The translations under genes were made by a program, and so were the position numbers. The notes below the pieces were generated by a model that saw nothing but the letters and a program-made list of their open reading frames with translations, had not been told where the DNA came from and searched no databases. A stretch of DNA of 64,000 nucleotides. Origin: Gammaproteobacteria bacterium. Lineage in GTDB: Bacteria; Pseudomonadota; Gammaproteobacteria; GCA-001735895. How positions within the stretch are numbered: position 1 is the stretch's first letter; every line of letters starts with the position of its first letter. The stretch lies in contig JBNKUM010000094.1 in the NCBI GenBank assembly GCA_050298595.1, positions 189,539-253,538 of the forward strand. Reading direction: 5' to 3'. Below, piece after piece: positions 22,131 through 31,806 of the stretch.

Positions 22131-22730
22131 CACTCGTTACACCTTCGAAGTTGCATCGAGAGTGAGTGAAGAGGCTCTGCAAATTCTAAAGGCGGGTGCA
22201 TTGATGGTCGTTCTCGAATATGTTTCCCCATACGCTTGCGCACCACATCGCCTGCTCGCTCAGCATTCCAATCATCGGTATCGGCGCTGGTAACTTCTGT
22301 TCAGAAAAGGAATCGATGGAGTTTCCCCGCAATATTAACCAGCTCATCAGTAGTGATTCGGGTTGATATTGGCACCGCCTCCTGGTCTATGCAGAAAGTG
22401 TTAAATCTCGAGTAGCGTTCTGCAGTTGCACATGAATTTGTGTGTATCTTTACCCTATGTCCGTTTCTTGCGGTCAATAGAGAAATCTGATTTTGTCTGA
22501 ACCTGTCCATTCATCGTTTTGCTTAATTCTGACCCGGATCTATGAAATATATAAAATAAATTGAGATTTAGTTCAAAATTGCATGTAGTATTGATATAAA
22601 TTTATTTTACATTTAAATAAGAGCTTATTAGTAGCTATTTAAGTAAATAAATAAATTATCTATAACATATATAAATCAGATACTTATAAAAATAACAATA
22701 TTTTAATTAACCAATTAGAGGAATTACGCT

Positions 22731-23429
22731 ATGAAAACTACTGTTTCTATATTAGCAGGTCTAATGTTCACCATTTTTTGTAGCATATCATTTGCGGAAG
22801 AAGTGTCATCCATAGCCAGGGGAGGAAGACTTTACGACAAGTGGTTTAAGGTGATCGGTGCACAAAAACCCAAAGATACTCATCCGGCCTGGCCTGCATC
22901 CAACACTAAGAAGAAAGGCGACGCCACACATCGTTGTAAAGCGTGCCATGGCTGGGATCTCATGGGTAAAGATGGCGCCTATGCATCGGGATCCTATAAA
23001 ACTGGAATTAAAGGCTTAACTGATATGAAAGGAGCAGCCAACGACAGGGTCATTGCTGCTATGAAAGATGCGACACATGGATTTGCCGGGAAGATGCAGG
23101 CACAGGATTTCACCGATCTGGCTAATTTTGTAACCAAAGGGCAAATCGATATAGATGCGGCTATTGACCGAAAATCGAAAATGGCACGCGGTGATAATGC
23201 GCAGGGCGAGAAATATTTTAATACAATATGCGCCAACTGCCATGGAAAATCCGGCCTGCGGCCTAAAGAGATGAAACCTCTTGGTATGTTATCTAATGAT
23301 AATCCCTGGGAAATCCTGCAAAAGATTCAAAACGGTCAACCTGATGAAAATATGCCCGCAATGAGAGCATTTGAGTTACAGGTTTCTGTAGACATACTTG
23401 CCTACCTGCAAACGCTGCCTAAACGGTAA
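22731..23429 (+). CDS. periplasmic diheme cytochrome c
   Basis: Signal peptide; CKACH and CANCH. Confidence 0.9.
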   Translation: MKTTVSILAGLMFTIFCSISFAEEVSSIARGGRLYDKWFKVIGAQKPKDTHPAWPASNTKKKGDATHRCKACHGWDLMGKDGAYASGSYKTGIKGLTDMKGAANDRVIAAMKDATHGFAGKMQAQDFTDLANFVTKGQIDIDAAIDRKSKMARGDNAQGEKYFNTICANCHGKSGLRPKEMKPLGMLSNDNPWEILQKIQNGQPDENMPAMRAFELQVSVDILAYLQTLPKR

Positions 23430-23532
23430 TCCGAATTAAGAGTTTGATAGGCAGCTGCGCCAGCCTTCGTTAATTCAGCAGCCTACAAATAAGATACTGA
23501 CCGTCCCTGTTTATACAGGGGCCGGTTTCAGG

Positions 23533-24099
23533 ATGGCTAAATATATGTTTTCAAAAAATAAAAAACGTGCCTTTTATACCTTCATTGCTGGAACTGTGTT
23601 CGGCATTCTTTTCTGGGGTGGATATCACACGGTAATCGAACAGACCAATACACTGGGGTTTTGTATTTCATGCCATGAGATGGAGCAAACGGTGTATCAG
23701 GAATACAAAAAAAGCATCCACTACACAAACGCCTCGGGAGTCAGAGCAATCTGTTCAGATTGTCATGTACCCAAACAATGGCTGCCAAAAATGGTTCGCA
23801 AAATACAGGCAAGTAACGAGCTTTATCACAAGTTACTGGGATCTATAGATACGGTCGAAAAATTCGAAGCTAAACGTCTTCAACTTGCCGAACATGTTTG
23901 GGCGAGTATGGAGAAAAACGATTCACGCGAATGTCGAAACTGCCACTCTTTTGAGTCGATGAATTTCCATGAACAACGTCGACGATCAGCGGAAAAAATG
24001 CAGCCGGTGGTTGAGCAGAACACGGGAGAAACCTGTATAGATTGCCATAAAGGTATTGCGCATGAATTACCCGAGGGATATGGGGATGACGATGATTGA
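23533..24099 (+). CDS. NapC/NirT-family tetraheme cytochrome c
   Basis: N-terminal TM; four CxxCH; CISCHEM. Confidence 0.92.
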   Translation: MAKYMFSKNKKRAFYTFIAGTVFGILFWGGYHTVIEQTNTLGFCISCHEMEQTVYQEYKKSIHYTNASGVRAICSDCHVPKQWLPKMVRKIQASNELYHKLLGSIDTVEKFEAKRLQLAEHVWASMEKNDSRECRNCHSFESMNFHEQRRRSAEKMQPVVEQNTGETCIDCHKGIAHELPEGYGDDDD

Positions 24100-24526
24100 G
24101 GGATATCTAAAAACTGCCCCTTCCAATCAGGTCTGGGTGGCTGTGCTCGCTTAACTCGTTTTTCTGGCATGGGTAGTAAAGTCATCGAGGAAAGCGCTCT
24201 GGGGTCAGGTCTTTGAATTAGGATCAATCTTTTTGAGGGTCTTTGTCGGGGTTAGGTCTTTGAATTTAAATCAAGGTTTTTTCAGTATTTCTACTCTATC
24301 AGGATTCGATCCAGTCCGAAAGGTTTTGGGCTTGGCCTATCATTAAGCTTAATCATCGTAAACTCTAATTAATTGTGCCAATTAATTGATAGCAAATAAT
24401 CAGTTCGTTTATTTTTAGGCGAGTTAAGGGTGGATTGTCATCTAGAGGTTTACTGGTTTACCAAAAATGGATATTGAATATAAGGGGACGCTACTTTTTT
24501 AATAGTCATTCAACTACACTATCTGA

Positions 24527-25207
24527 ATGCCAAGACAAGCCAGAACCGTATTTGCAGGTGTTCCTCACCACATCACCCAAAGAGGTAATCGTCGAGAGGA
24601 CATATTCTATGCTGACGAAGATAGAGAAGTTTATCTGGGCTGGTTGCAGGATTATTGTCAGATACACAAAGTCGAGATTCTGGCTTATTGCCTGATGACT
24701 AACCACATTTACTTATTCGTCCTGCCTAAGAAAGAGGCTGGATTATAATTAGTACTCAAACCGCTGCATATGCGATATGCACAGCGATTTAATCGTCAAC
24801 GTGGATGGAAAGGACATGTTTGGCAGGGGCGTTATTTTTCATCAGCACTGGACGAGCATTATCTGAGGGCCGCGATTCGCTATGTCGAAAGAAATCATGT
24901 CAGGACAAAAATGGTGATAAAAGCAGAAAACTATACCTGGTCAAGTGCAGCCGCGCATTGTAAAGGGTATACAGACACGGTATTGACTATAAAGGTTTAC
25001 TGGAAGAAACAATTCGAATCTATTGGCAATTGGTCCGCCTGGTTAGCGGAAGGTGATCCTGTTGATGATCTATTGATCATTCGACATAATATTGAAAAGG
25101 GATTGCCCTGTGGTTCTAATCGATTTATTCAGAAACTGGAAAAACAAATTAGAAGGGTATTACAGTATCGACCACTTGGTAAACCAAGAAAGCTGGACGA
25201 AGATTGA
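24527..25207 (+). pseudogene. full-length RAYT transposase with one in-frame stop (TAA 24746-24748)
   Basis: PHHITQRGNRRE, YCLMTNH, GHVWQGRY and IRYVERN in one frame; flanked by inverted GGGGACGCTAC (24484) / GTAGCGACCCC (25214). Confidence 0.88.
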
Positions 25208-25329
25208 AAAAGGGTAGCGACCCCGTTAAATTTAAAACTTCTATCTGATATGATATTGAGTTACTGCTATTTGGTCAGCGGAGCCTTAAGGAGGCAGAGT
25301 GCTTAGTCAGGCAAAGCGAAATTGTCATT

Positions 25330-25701
25330 TCAAGCAACAAATTTAACAAAGTCCAGCGAAGACAAAATTCCTACCAGTTCCTCGGCCTCTGTTACCACCA
25401 GGTGATGCACCTGATGTTCGAGCATCTTTTGAGCGGCTTCTTCAATTGTGGTTTCAGGTGAAATGATGATCACTATTGGGCTTGCAATTTCAAACACCCT
25501 TGTATAATTTGGGTCCTCGCCTGTGGAGTCAAAACGTGTAACATCTGACTTTGATACGAATCCAATCAGACTCCCTGAGTTATCGATAACAGGGCCTCCA
25601 CTGATTTTGTGGGTAACAAAGATTTCCTCTAGATCGCAAACCGAGATGTCACGATGAATTGTTCTGACTGAGGTCGACATAATGTCACTGACAGTTTTCA
25701 T
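25330..25701 (-). CDS. CBS-domain pair protein
   Basis: VSDIMS...PVID...GFVS / HHLVV...VGILSSLD. Confidence 0.85.
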   Translation of the reverse strand: MKTVSDIMSTSVRTIHRDISVCDLEEIFVTHKISGGPVIDNSGSLIGFVSKSDVTRFDSTGEDPNYTRVFEIASPIVIIISPETTIEEAAQKMLEHQVHHLVVTEAEELVGILSSLDFVKFVA

Positions 25702-26050
25702 TTGAATGTCATTTTGACTTCGATTGGCTGATGCGAATGTAGCAGTGGAAATCATAGAAAAATAGTGTTTTTGTCTGCAGTAGATTGTAGCTTATAAATA
25801 AAAATTTCGGTAAAGATAAACAGTAAAACAATATAAAATCAAAAGCTCATGACCGTAAAAAACTTCATGAGTTTATACCTGGAATTAACGTAAGGTATTC
25901 AATTGACATGCTAATTATGATATCGAGCTGTTTCTCAAATATTTCACCTGCAAATTAAATTGTTACAAAATATTTCAAAACCCTGGAGCCAGGTAAGCTC
26001 ATGCCAGATAAAATGCAATCAGGAAAAATTCTAATCGTCCAACGTATAAT

Positions 26051-26111
26051 GGTGAGGCAGGGCCCCACCCTACGGCCTATGATTTCGTGTAGGGTTAGGC
26101 TCTGCCCCTCC
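26051..26111. repeat. inverted doublet of GTAG-type REP palindromes (REPIN-like)
   Basis: GGTGAGGCAGGGCCCCACCCTAC ... GTAGGGTTAGGCTCTGCCCCTCC. Confidence 0.7.
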
Positions 26112-26333
26112 GATTTTCGCTGAATGGACCATTAACATTTCCTTTACAACGATTAAGTAAGTGCTATTCCTCTCTGGCCTGGTTTTTCAGCTGAGGTACT
26201 GCCCTTAAAAATGCACATCGATGGTTAGCCCCGCATAAGGCGGTGGCCTCTGCACAAAAACTGCACCAAATTTCCGCTGAATTTCCTGCTTTGCACCACG
26301 GGATTTGCACGGTCGCTGTTCATACTGTGTCAC

Positions 26334-27854
26334 ATGAATAGACCACTACACATCCCTTCAGTCTCTTTCTTAATGTTGGCGCTCGGCGTCAGCATCTTAG
26401 CCATTGATCCCATTCACTGGTTGGTTAATTCCTGGTTTGAACCCAGTTATGATTCCGATGGGCTTTGGGTCTTTATGTTGTTCTCCCTGCTGCTGTTGTG
26501 GAGCCTGACCTCGCCTCGGAAAGAGGTGCCAGGCCGACATCAGCGCCTGGCTTTGCTGCTGTTGGCGGCAACCGCCATGCTCCGCCTGGCGGGGCAGGTG
26601 TTGGCGGTCAATATTCTCGGCGCCTTAGCCCTGGTGGTGGATGTCTATGCTCTGGGGTTGATACTGGGCTTGCAACAACGACAGCGTCCGCTGTCACCTC
26701 TGTGGATGGCGCTGTTGTTCGCTTGTGCCCTACCACTGGAGCGGGTATTGCAGCGTACTCTGGGGTATGGCCTGCAACAATTATCTACCTGGTCTTCCTG
26801 CTCATTGCTGACAGGCCTGGATGCCGGCATTACTTGCCAGGGCACGCGAATACAACTACCAACTGAGACCTTGTTGATCGATTTGCCCTGCTCGGGGGCT
26901 TCGGCTCTGGTATTACTGACCGTGCTGCTGAGCGCTTTGATGGCTGTGGCGCGTCCTGGTCGTTGGCAAGGCGTGGCAGCGACCTGGGTTATGTTGTTGG
27001 CTGCCTGGATGAGCAATAGCCTGCGTATCCTGATCTTGACGCTGGGTGTGCTGCATCCTGTGTCAAATGTGGATGTGATGCAGCAGCCCTGGCATGAGTT
27101 GATCGGATTGTTTTCCCTGCTGCCTGCCTTCGCTTTACTGGTCTACTATTTTCTGTTGGTGACTCGGCCAGGCCGGTGCCAGGTGTGCGACAAGGCCTGG
27201 AGACCAGCAGCTCAAAGCCAACCGGTAAAGACCGCTTTGACTTCTGTTTCACCTGCCCTGGGTGCTGTGGCCTTCTTCTTGTTGGTCCTGGTGATTGTTA
27301 CCCGCACTCCGCATCCGGTGGACAGCAGCACAGTACTGGATACACCCTATGCCCCGCGTTTTCTGGCGGGAGAGTATGGCCAGGTCGTGCCCTTACTCGA
27401 TAAAGAGCGTCACTATTTTGAACGCTTCGGCGGCGCCGCCATCAAGGTGCAATATGCTGAGCATGGCTTGCTGATTACCCAGACCCAATCCCCGTTGCGC
27501 CATCTGCATGCTCCAGATGAATGCTTGCGCGGACTGGGGTTTTCTGTGGACTACGTCGGCAGCCATGCCGCCGTGTTGCCTACTGCCGTCTACCGGGCGC
27601 AATCCCCTGATGGTCGCCTCTGGCGTGTTTCCGTCAGCTTTGTATCCAGTAGCGGCAAGACCGCGACACATGTGGCAGAGGCTGTTTGGTATTGGTTGCG
27701 CACACCAGAGACCTGGATGGCGATGCAGCGCATTGTCCCCTGGGATAGCCCAACTCCCGAGGATCAGGATTGGGACCAATACTTATTCGCCGCGCTAGAT
27801 ATCCCTTCTGTTGCGATTAATCCGCAGCTTAACCCTCAACCCTTAAGGAATTGA
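26334..27854 (+). CDS. exosortase-family transpeptidase with C-terminal EpsI-like domain
   Basis: Multi-TM; DLPCSG (Cys), NSLRI (Arg), PWHE (His); HAPDECL. Confidence 0.85.
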   Translation: MNRPLHIPSVSFLMLALGVSILAIDPIHWLVNSWFEPSYDSDGLWVFMLFSLLLLWSLTSPRKEVPGRHQRLALLLLAATAMLRLAGQVLAVNILGALALVVDVYALGLILGLQQRQRPLSPLWMALLFACALPLERVLQRTLGYGLQQLSTWSSCSLLTGLDAGITCQGTRIQLPTETLLIDLPCSGASALVLLTVLLSALMAVARPGRWQGVAATWVMLLAAWMSNSLRILILTLGVLHPVSNVDVMQQPWHELIGLFSLLPAFALLVYYFLLVTRPGRCQVCDKAWRPAAQSQPVKTALTSVSPALGAVAFFLLVLVIVTRTPHPVDSSTVLDTPYAPRFLAGEYGQVVPLLDKERHYFERFGGAAIKVQYAEHGLLITQTQSPLRHLHAPDECLRGLGFSVDYVGSHAAVLPTAVYRAQSPDGRLWRVSVSFVSSSGKTATHVAEAVWYWLRTPETWMAMQRIVPWDSPTPEDQDWDQYLFAALDIPSVAINPQLNPQPLRN

Positions 27855-27858
27855 TGAC

Positions 27859-29901
27859 ATGAAAAAAATGCTAATTTTACTGATGATTCTGTGGTGCTTG
27901 CCCGTCTGGGCTGAAGATCAGGTTCCCGGCGGTTTTATTGAAGCTGAACATCAGGGAAAGAAGATCCTGTTTCCATTATTGAAATCCCATTACCAGGTCG
28001 ATATCCAGGGCGACCTGGCCCAGGTGACCCTGGAGCAGGACTTCCAGAATCCGACCGGTATTCCACTCAATGCCAGCTACCTTTTTCCCTTGAATAAGGA
28101 CGCCGCCGTGCATGCCATGCACATGCAGGTAGCGGACGAACTGGTCGAAGCCAGGATTCGCCGCCGCGAAGAGGCCAGGAAAGCATTTGCCGAAGCTAAG
28201 GTGCAGGGTAAATCTGCCAGTTTACTTGAACAGCATCGCCCCAACATGTTTACCCAACAACTGGCCAATCTCATGCCGGATATTCCCATCCATATTACTT
28301 TGCAATATGTACAGCATATTAACCGGGTGGACAGCCACTATGAGCTAGTCTTGCCACTCATTGTGGGGCCCCGCTACCAACCGGAACAAACACAACAAAA
28401 GACCATCAAGCGAGTCGGCATGTGGCAGTTGGAGGCATTACCAGCCTATCCCTCAGTGGCTGGGCTGAACCTGCCCAAAGAAATTGAACAAGAGCGGGTG
28501 AGCATCGAGATTACTTTAGACGGTGGAATGCCTATCTCGGCTGTTTCCAGCCCGACTCACGGCATAGAGATCAAATCAGTGGATGAACAGCAAAGGCGCA
28601 TCAGTCTTAGCAACGGTCGCACCATCGATAACCGGGATTTTGAATTGCACTACCGTTTAGCTGGAGAACGGGTACAGGCTGGTTTGCTGACCCATGAAAA
28701 TGAGCGTGGCCGCTTCTTTAGCCTGTTACTGGAACCGCCAGCTATACCCCAGAGCGAGGCCATCACCCCGCGTGAGATGGTGTTTGTGCTAGACACCTCT
28801 GGCTCCATGTCCGGTGACCCGCTTAAGGCCAGCAAAGCTTTCATGCAGCAGGTGTTGCACCACTTGCGGCCCAGTGACCATTTTCGCATCATCGACTTCA
28901 GCAACAGTCCCAGGGAATTCCATGCCAACCCGTTGCCAGCAACCGCTGAGAATCTGCGTCTCGGTCAGGCTCATATCCAGGGCTTTAAAGCCGGTGGCGG
29001 CACCGAGATCGATAGTGCTATCAAGCAGGCCCTATCAGTACCAGCGATGCAAAACCATCTACGCATCGTAGTATTTCTGACCGACGGTTACATCGGTAAT
29101 GAGCACAGCGTACTACAACGCATCCAGTATTTGCGCGGTAATGCCCGTATCTATGCCCTGGGTGTCGGTACCGCTGTTAACCGCTACCTGTTGGATGAAA
29201 TGGTGCGGGCAGGTCAAGGCTTTGTGCGCTATATCGACCCTACCGAGGAAGTGGAAGGTGCCGCCCAGCGCTTTGCAGAGCGCTTGCGTACGCCGGTGCT
29301 GACCGATGTTAGTATCGACTGGGGCGATACCAGGGTCGAGCAGGTCACACCTGCGCAGCTGCCTGACCTCTTTACCGGCGATTCTCTGCGTCTGCTGGGC
29401 AAGATCAAGCAGGTGGGTCAGAAGCCCATCAAAATTCTCGGACGCATCAATGGGCAGCAGGCTACTTTGCCGCTCAAACTTCAGTTCGATGAGCAAGCAG
29501 CAAATCAGGGCCAGGCGATTCCCCTGATCTGGGCCAGAAGCCGGATTGCCGATCATATGCGAGAAATGACGTTGCCGAATGATCGCCGCTCTTCGGAACT
29601 GCCTGATAAGGCATTGAAAGAAAAGGTGACCCAATTGGGGTTGGATTATTCCCTGATGACGCGTTGGACCGCTTTCATCGCCGTGTCGCAGAAGATCTAC
29701 AATGAACAGCCCGCTGCGTCTAAGGATGTTTCGGTTCCCCTGCCCATGGTCAAGGGTGTCAGTCAAAAGGCCTATCCTAAACAAACTCAGCAGTTTCATG
29801 GCAGCTCAGCGCCGGAGGCTGAAGAGGGCCTGCTGTTGCTGATGTTGGTCTTGGCTGGGTTGTACTGGTGGCAGCGTCACCAGTATGGAGAAATGCTTTG
29901 A
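27859..29901 (+). CDS. VIT + vWA domain protein with PEP-CTERM-like sorting tail
   Basis: VIT N-terminus; DTSGSM and LTDG MIDAS; C-terminal SAPE-TM-basic tail. Confidence 0.9.
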   Translation: MKKMLILLMILWCLPVWAEDQVPGGFIEAEHQGKKILFPLLKSHYQVDIQGDLAQVTLEQDFQNPTGIPLNASYLFPLNKDAAVHAMHMQVADELVEARIRRREEARKAFAEAKVQGKSASLLEQHRPNMFTQQLANLMPDIPIHITLQYVQHINRVDSHYELVLPLIVGPRYQPEQTQQKTIKRVGMWQLEALPAYPSVAGLNLPKEIEQERVSIEITLDGGMPISAVSSPTHGIEIKSVDEQQRRISLSNGRTIDNRDFELHYRLAGERVQAGLLTHENERGRFFSLLLEPPAIPQSEAITPREMVFVLDTSGSMSGDPLKASKAFMQQVLHHLRPSDHFRIIDFSNSPREFHANPLPATAENLRLGQAHIQGFKAGGGTEIDSAIKQALSVPAMQNHLRIVVFLTDGYIGNEHSVLQRIQYLRGNARIYALGVGTAVNRYLLDEMVRAGQGFVRYIDPTEEVEGAAQRFAERLRTPVLTDVSIDWGDTRVEQVTPAQLPDLFTGDSLRLLGKIKQVGQKPIKILGRINGQQATLPLKLQFDEQAANQGQAIPLIWARSRIADHMREMTLPNDRRSSELPDKALKEKVTQLGLDYSLMTRWTAFIAVSQKIYNEQPAASKDVSVPLPMVKGVSQKAYPKQTQQFHGSSAPEAEEGLLLLMLVLAGLYWWQRHQYGEML

Positions 29902-30029
29902 GGGTTTACTAAACCGGGTCGAGAATAATGTAGGTCAGATACAAATATATAAATATTGCGTGTACAAGACTCCAGTTATGTAGGTGAAAAATGCATGTTG
30001 ATGAGGGGCACCCATTAAGGGGCAGGGGG

Positions 30030-30635
30030 TCAGGTTGAACCAGCGGCTATGACCCTGGATATCTGCATCATTTTATCCTTTTCTTTTTGATCCAGATTTG
30101 AGTAGATCATCAAAATCTCCTGAAGATCATCTGGAAAGTAGGCGCATAGGCCATCTAGCTCCACATGCTGTTCATCCATCCAGTTGCGGGATTTTTTTAG
30201 CTGCTTTTCGATTTTACGACATAATTTATCCTGAAGTTTCAGGAAGGGATTATCCAGGTGTTGCTTGAATTCTGAAGGTTTCAGCCCGGTAGTTTTTCTA
30301 AGTGCCGTGACTTCTGTTTTATTTAAAGATTTTACCAGTTGGCTCAGGTTCTGATGACGAATAGCCTGAAGATCGCGCTCACCAGACCCTATGCTACCTA
30401 AACCAAACTGAATCCAGCAGGGATTAATTTTAGTGACTTCGGCTATCTTCAATATGTCCTGAGAGGCGGGCATAGAGATGCCCTGCTCATAGTTACCCAA
30501 TCGGCTGACACTCCATTCAGGAGTCGCCTGTATAAATGCTGCGCGCGTCTTAAACCCCGCCATTTGCCGGGCCTGTTTAATTCGTGCACCGACCTGTTTT
30601 CTAAAATCATCAGTAGTAGTATTTTTTTTGGTCAT
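30030..30635 (-). CDS. XRE-family repressor with two HTH-like domains and no peptidase domain
   Basis: GARIKQAR...RLGNYEQG...WIQFG; second phage-repressor-like unit IRHQNL...RKIEKQL..NWMD. Confidence 0.8.
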   Translation of the reverse strand: MTKKNTTTDDFRKQVGARIKQARQMAGFKTRAAFIQATPEWSVSRLGNYEQGISMPASQDILKIAEVTKINPCWIQFGLGSIGSGERDLQAIRHQNLSQLVKSLNKTEVTALRKTTGLKPSEFKQHLDNPFLKLQDKLCRKIEKQLKKSRNWMDEQHVELDGLCAYFPDDLQEILMIYSNLDQKEKDKMMQISRVIAAGST

Positions 30636-30643
30636 AATAAATA

Positions 30644-30693
30644 ACAAGAATCTTGTAATTAGTGGTTGACAGCTTGTAATGCTTCATTATACT
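30644..30693 (+). promoter_or_regulatory. sigma70 promoter with adjacent and overlapping operator-like sites
   Basis: TTGACA(30666)-16 nt-TATACT(30688); palindrome ACAAG-AAT-CTTGT at 30644-30656; CTTGTAAT at 30652 and 30673. Confidence 0.7.
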
Positions 30694-30729
30694 ACGCAGC
30701 AATTCTTAATTCTGATTAATTTTAAAGGT

Positions 30730-30846
30730 ATGCATCATTTATTCATTTCAACGCAGAAGCAACTCAGTATCAGCCCCCAGGCTGTGCCTATGTGTGAGTG
30801 GATATGTATATCTTTTGATAATGAGTATAAGACAGTAGATTTTTGA
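30730..30846 (+). CDS. putative leader peptide 1 (38 aa, MHHLFISTQK...EYKTVDF)
   Basis: Short ORF just after the promoter, ending 11 nt before an attenuator hairpin. Confidence 0.5.
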   Translation: MHHLFISTQKQLSISPQAVPMCEWICISFDNEYKTVDF

Positions 30847-30857
30847 CTTTCTATTTT

Positions 30858-30927
30858 GGAAGGTCAATGGCACCTTCCGAGCAAAAATTAAAAACCCGGT
30901 TTGTGCTAAACAAGTCCGGGTTTTTTT
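30858..30927 (+). terminator. attenuator 1: protector hairpin plus intrinsic terminator with alternative antiterminator
   Basis: GGAAGGT/ACCTTCC hairpin; CCCGG...CCGGG-T7; GCACCTTCCG can pair with CGGTTTGTGC. Confidence 0.75.
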
Positions 30928-31297
30928 ATGCCGGGAGAAAGGGAAACCAGAGATACTACATAATTGACAAGGGGTGCTCTAGTTATTCACAACTAGAGGA
31001 ATATGAAATGTCTGTAAAAAACAAGACTATAGATAGAGAGCTCTATGGTTGTGTTAAAAGAAAATATATAGGGCCATGGTCAACATATTGGTTAGTGTTA
31101 ACAGACCCTGGGTCAAGCTAGATATGACACGGCCAGGAAGAAGGGAAAATAAATGTTGCTGTATTGCAGTAACGAAGGGGAAGGATCCAGATGGTCTGGT
31201 ATTCCCTTTGGGTAATCACCGACCCCATGAATATTACTGGTGAGTGACTGGCGTAATAAGCTATTGAATAAATTTAGGAGCAAAGTTTTTAGTGAAC

Positions 31298-31468
31298 ATG
31301 TTATCGATAAATAGAGCTGTCTGGCCGGTGATTTATGTATCGCCAACAGCCCAGTTGCGCCCTGAGTTTATGGGCAAGCAGCTCTGTATATCCGCTCTGT
31401 ATATAAGCAATGCGCCCAGGAACCTGGAACAGAATCATTTTGATTCAAAGGGTATTGGTAAAACGTAA
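31298..31468 (+). CDS. putative leader peptide 2 (56 aa, MLSINRAVWP...KGIGKT)
   Basis: AGGAG at 31276, in-frame GTG at 31292 and ATG at 31298; ends 17 nt before attenuator 2. Confidence 0.5.
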   Translation: MLSINRAVWPVIYVSPTAQLRPEFMGKQLCISALYISNAPRNLEQNHFDSKGIGKT

Positions 31469-31485
31469 TTCTCCATGAAAGTCCT

Positions 31486-31567
31486 TCGGAGGGTTGCAGT
31501 AATAACAAGCACCTCCGAGAGTTTAAAAAACCCCGGTTGTGCTTGAGAAGGCACCCGGGGTTTTTTT
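31486..31567 (+). terminator. attenuator 2 (same architecture as attenuator 1)
   Basis: TCGGAGG/CCTCCGA hairpin; CCCCGG...CCGGGG-T7; AAGCACCTCCG can pair with CGGTTGTGCTT. Confidence 0.78.
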
Positions 31568-31575
31568 ATGCCCCC

Positions 31576-31610
31576 ACACCGGCGTTCCCGGTGTTAATGA
31601 TCTTTGACAA
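31576..31610 (+). promoter_or_regulatory. rrn-type boxB-boxA antitermination signal
   Basis: Hairpin ACACCGG-CGTTC-CCGGTGT, then TGATCTTTGACAA (E. coli boxA is TGCTCTTTAACAA). Confidence 0.7.
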
Positions 31611-31731
31611 TTTGGAATCACGCAATGCCACCGGGAAACCGGTGGCCGGGCGAAACACTGAAGTAATCAGTCAGTTGTTTTGTCGCGGACATTTGTCTGC
31701 GATATGTCGAACCCATCGACCGCCCACAACT

Positions 31732-31806
31732 GCAGATATAGCTCAATGGGTAGAGCGACGGCTTTCCTGGCCGAGGACCCCAGTTCGATTCCGGGTATCT
31801 GCTCCA
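31732..31806 (+). tRNA. tRNA-Gly(TCC), atypical (U37, stem mismatches)
   Basis: Cloverleaf GCAGATA/TATCTGC, TTCGATT loop, U73, CCA. Confidence 0.8.

Noticed and set aside
22140-22510. Possible decayed gene on the minus strand
   Set aside because: No recognisable motif; cannot be supported
31071-31120. D-arm-like hairpin suggesting another pseudo-tRNA
   Set aside because: No T arm or acceptor pairing found
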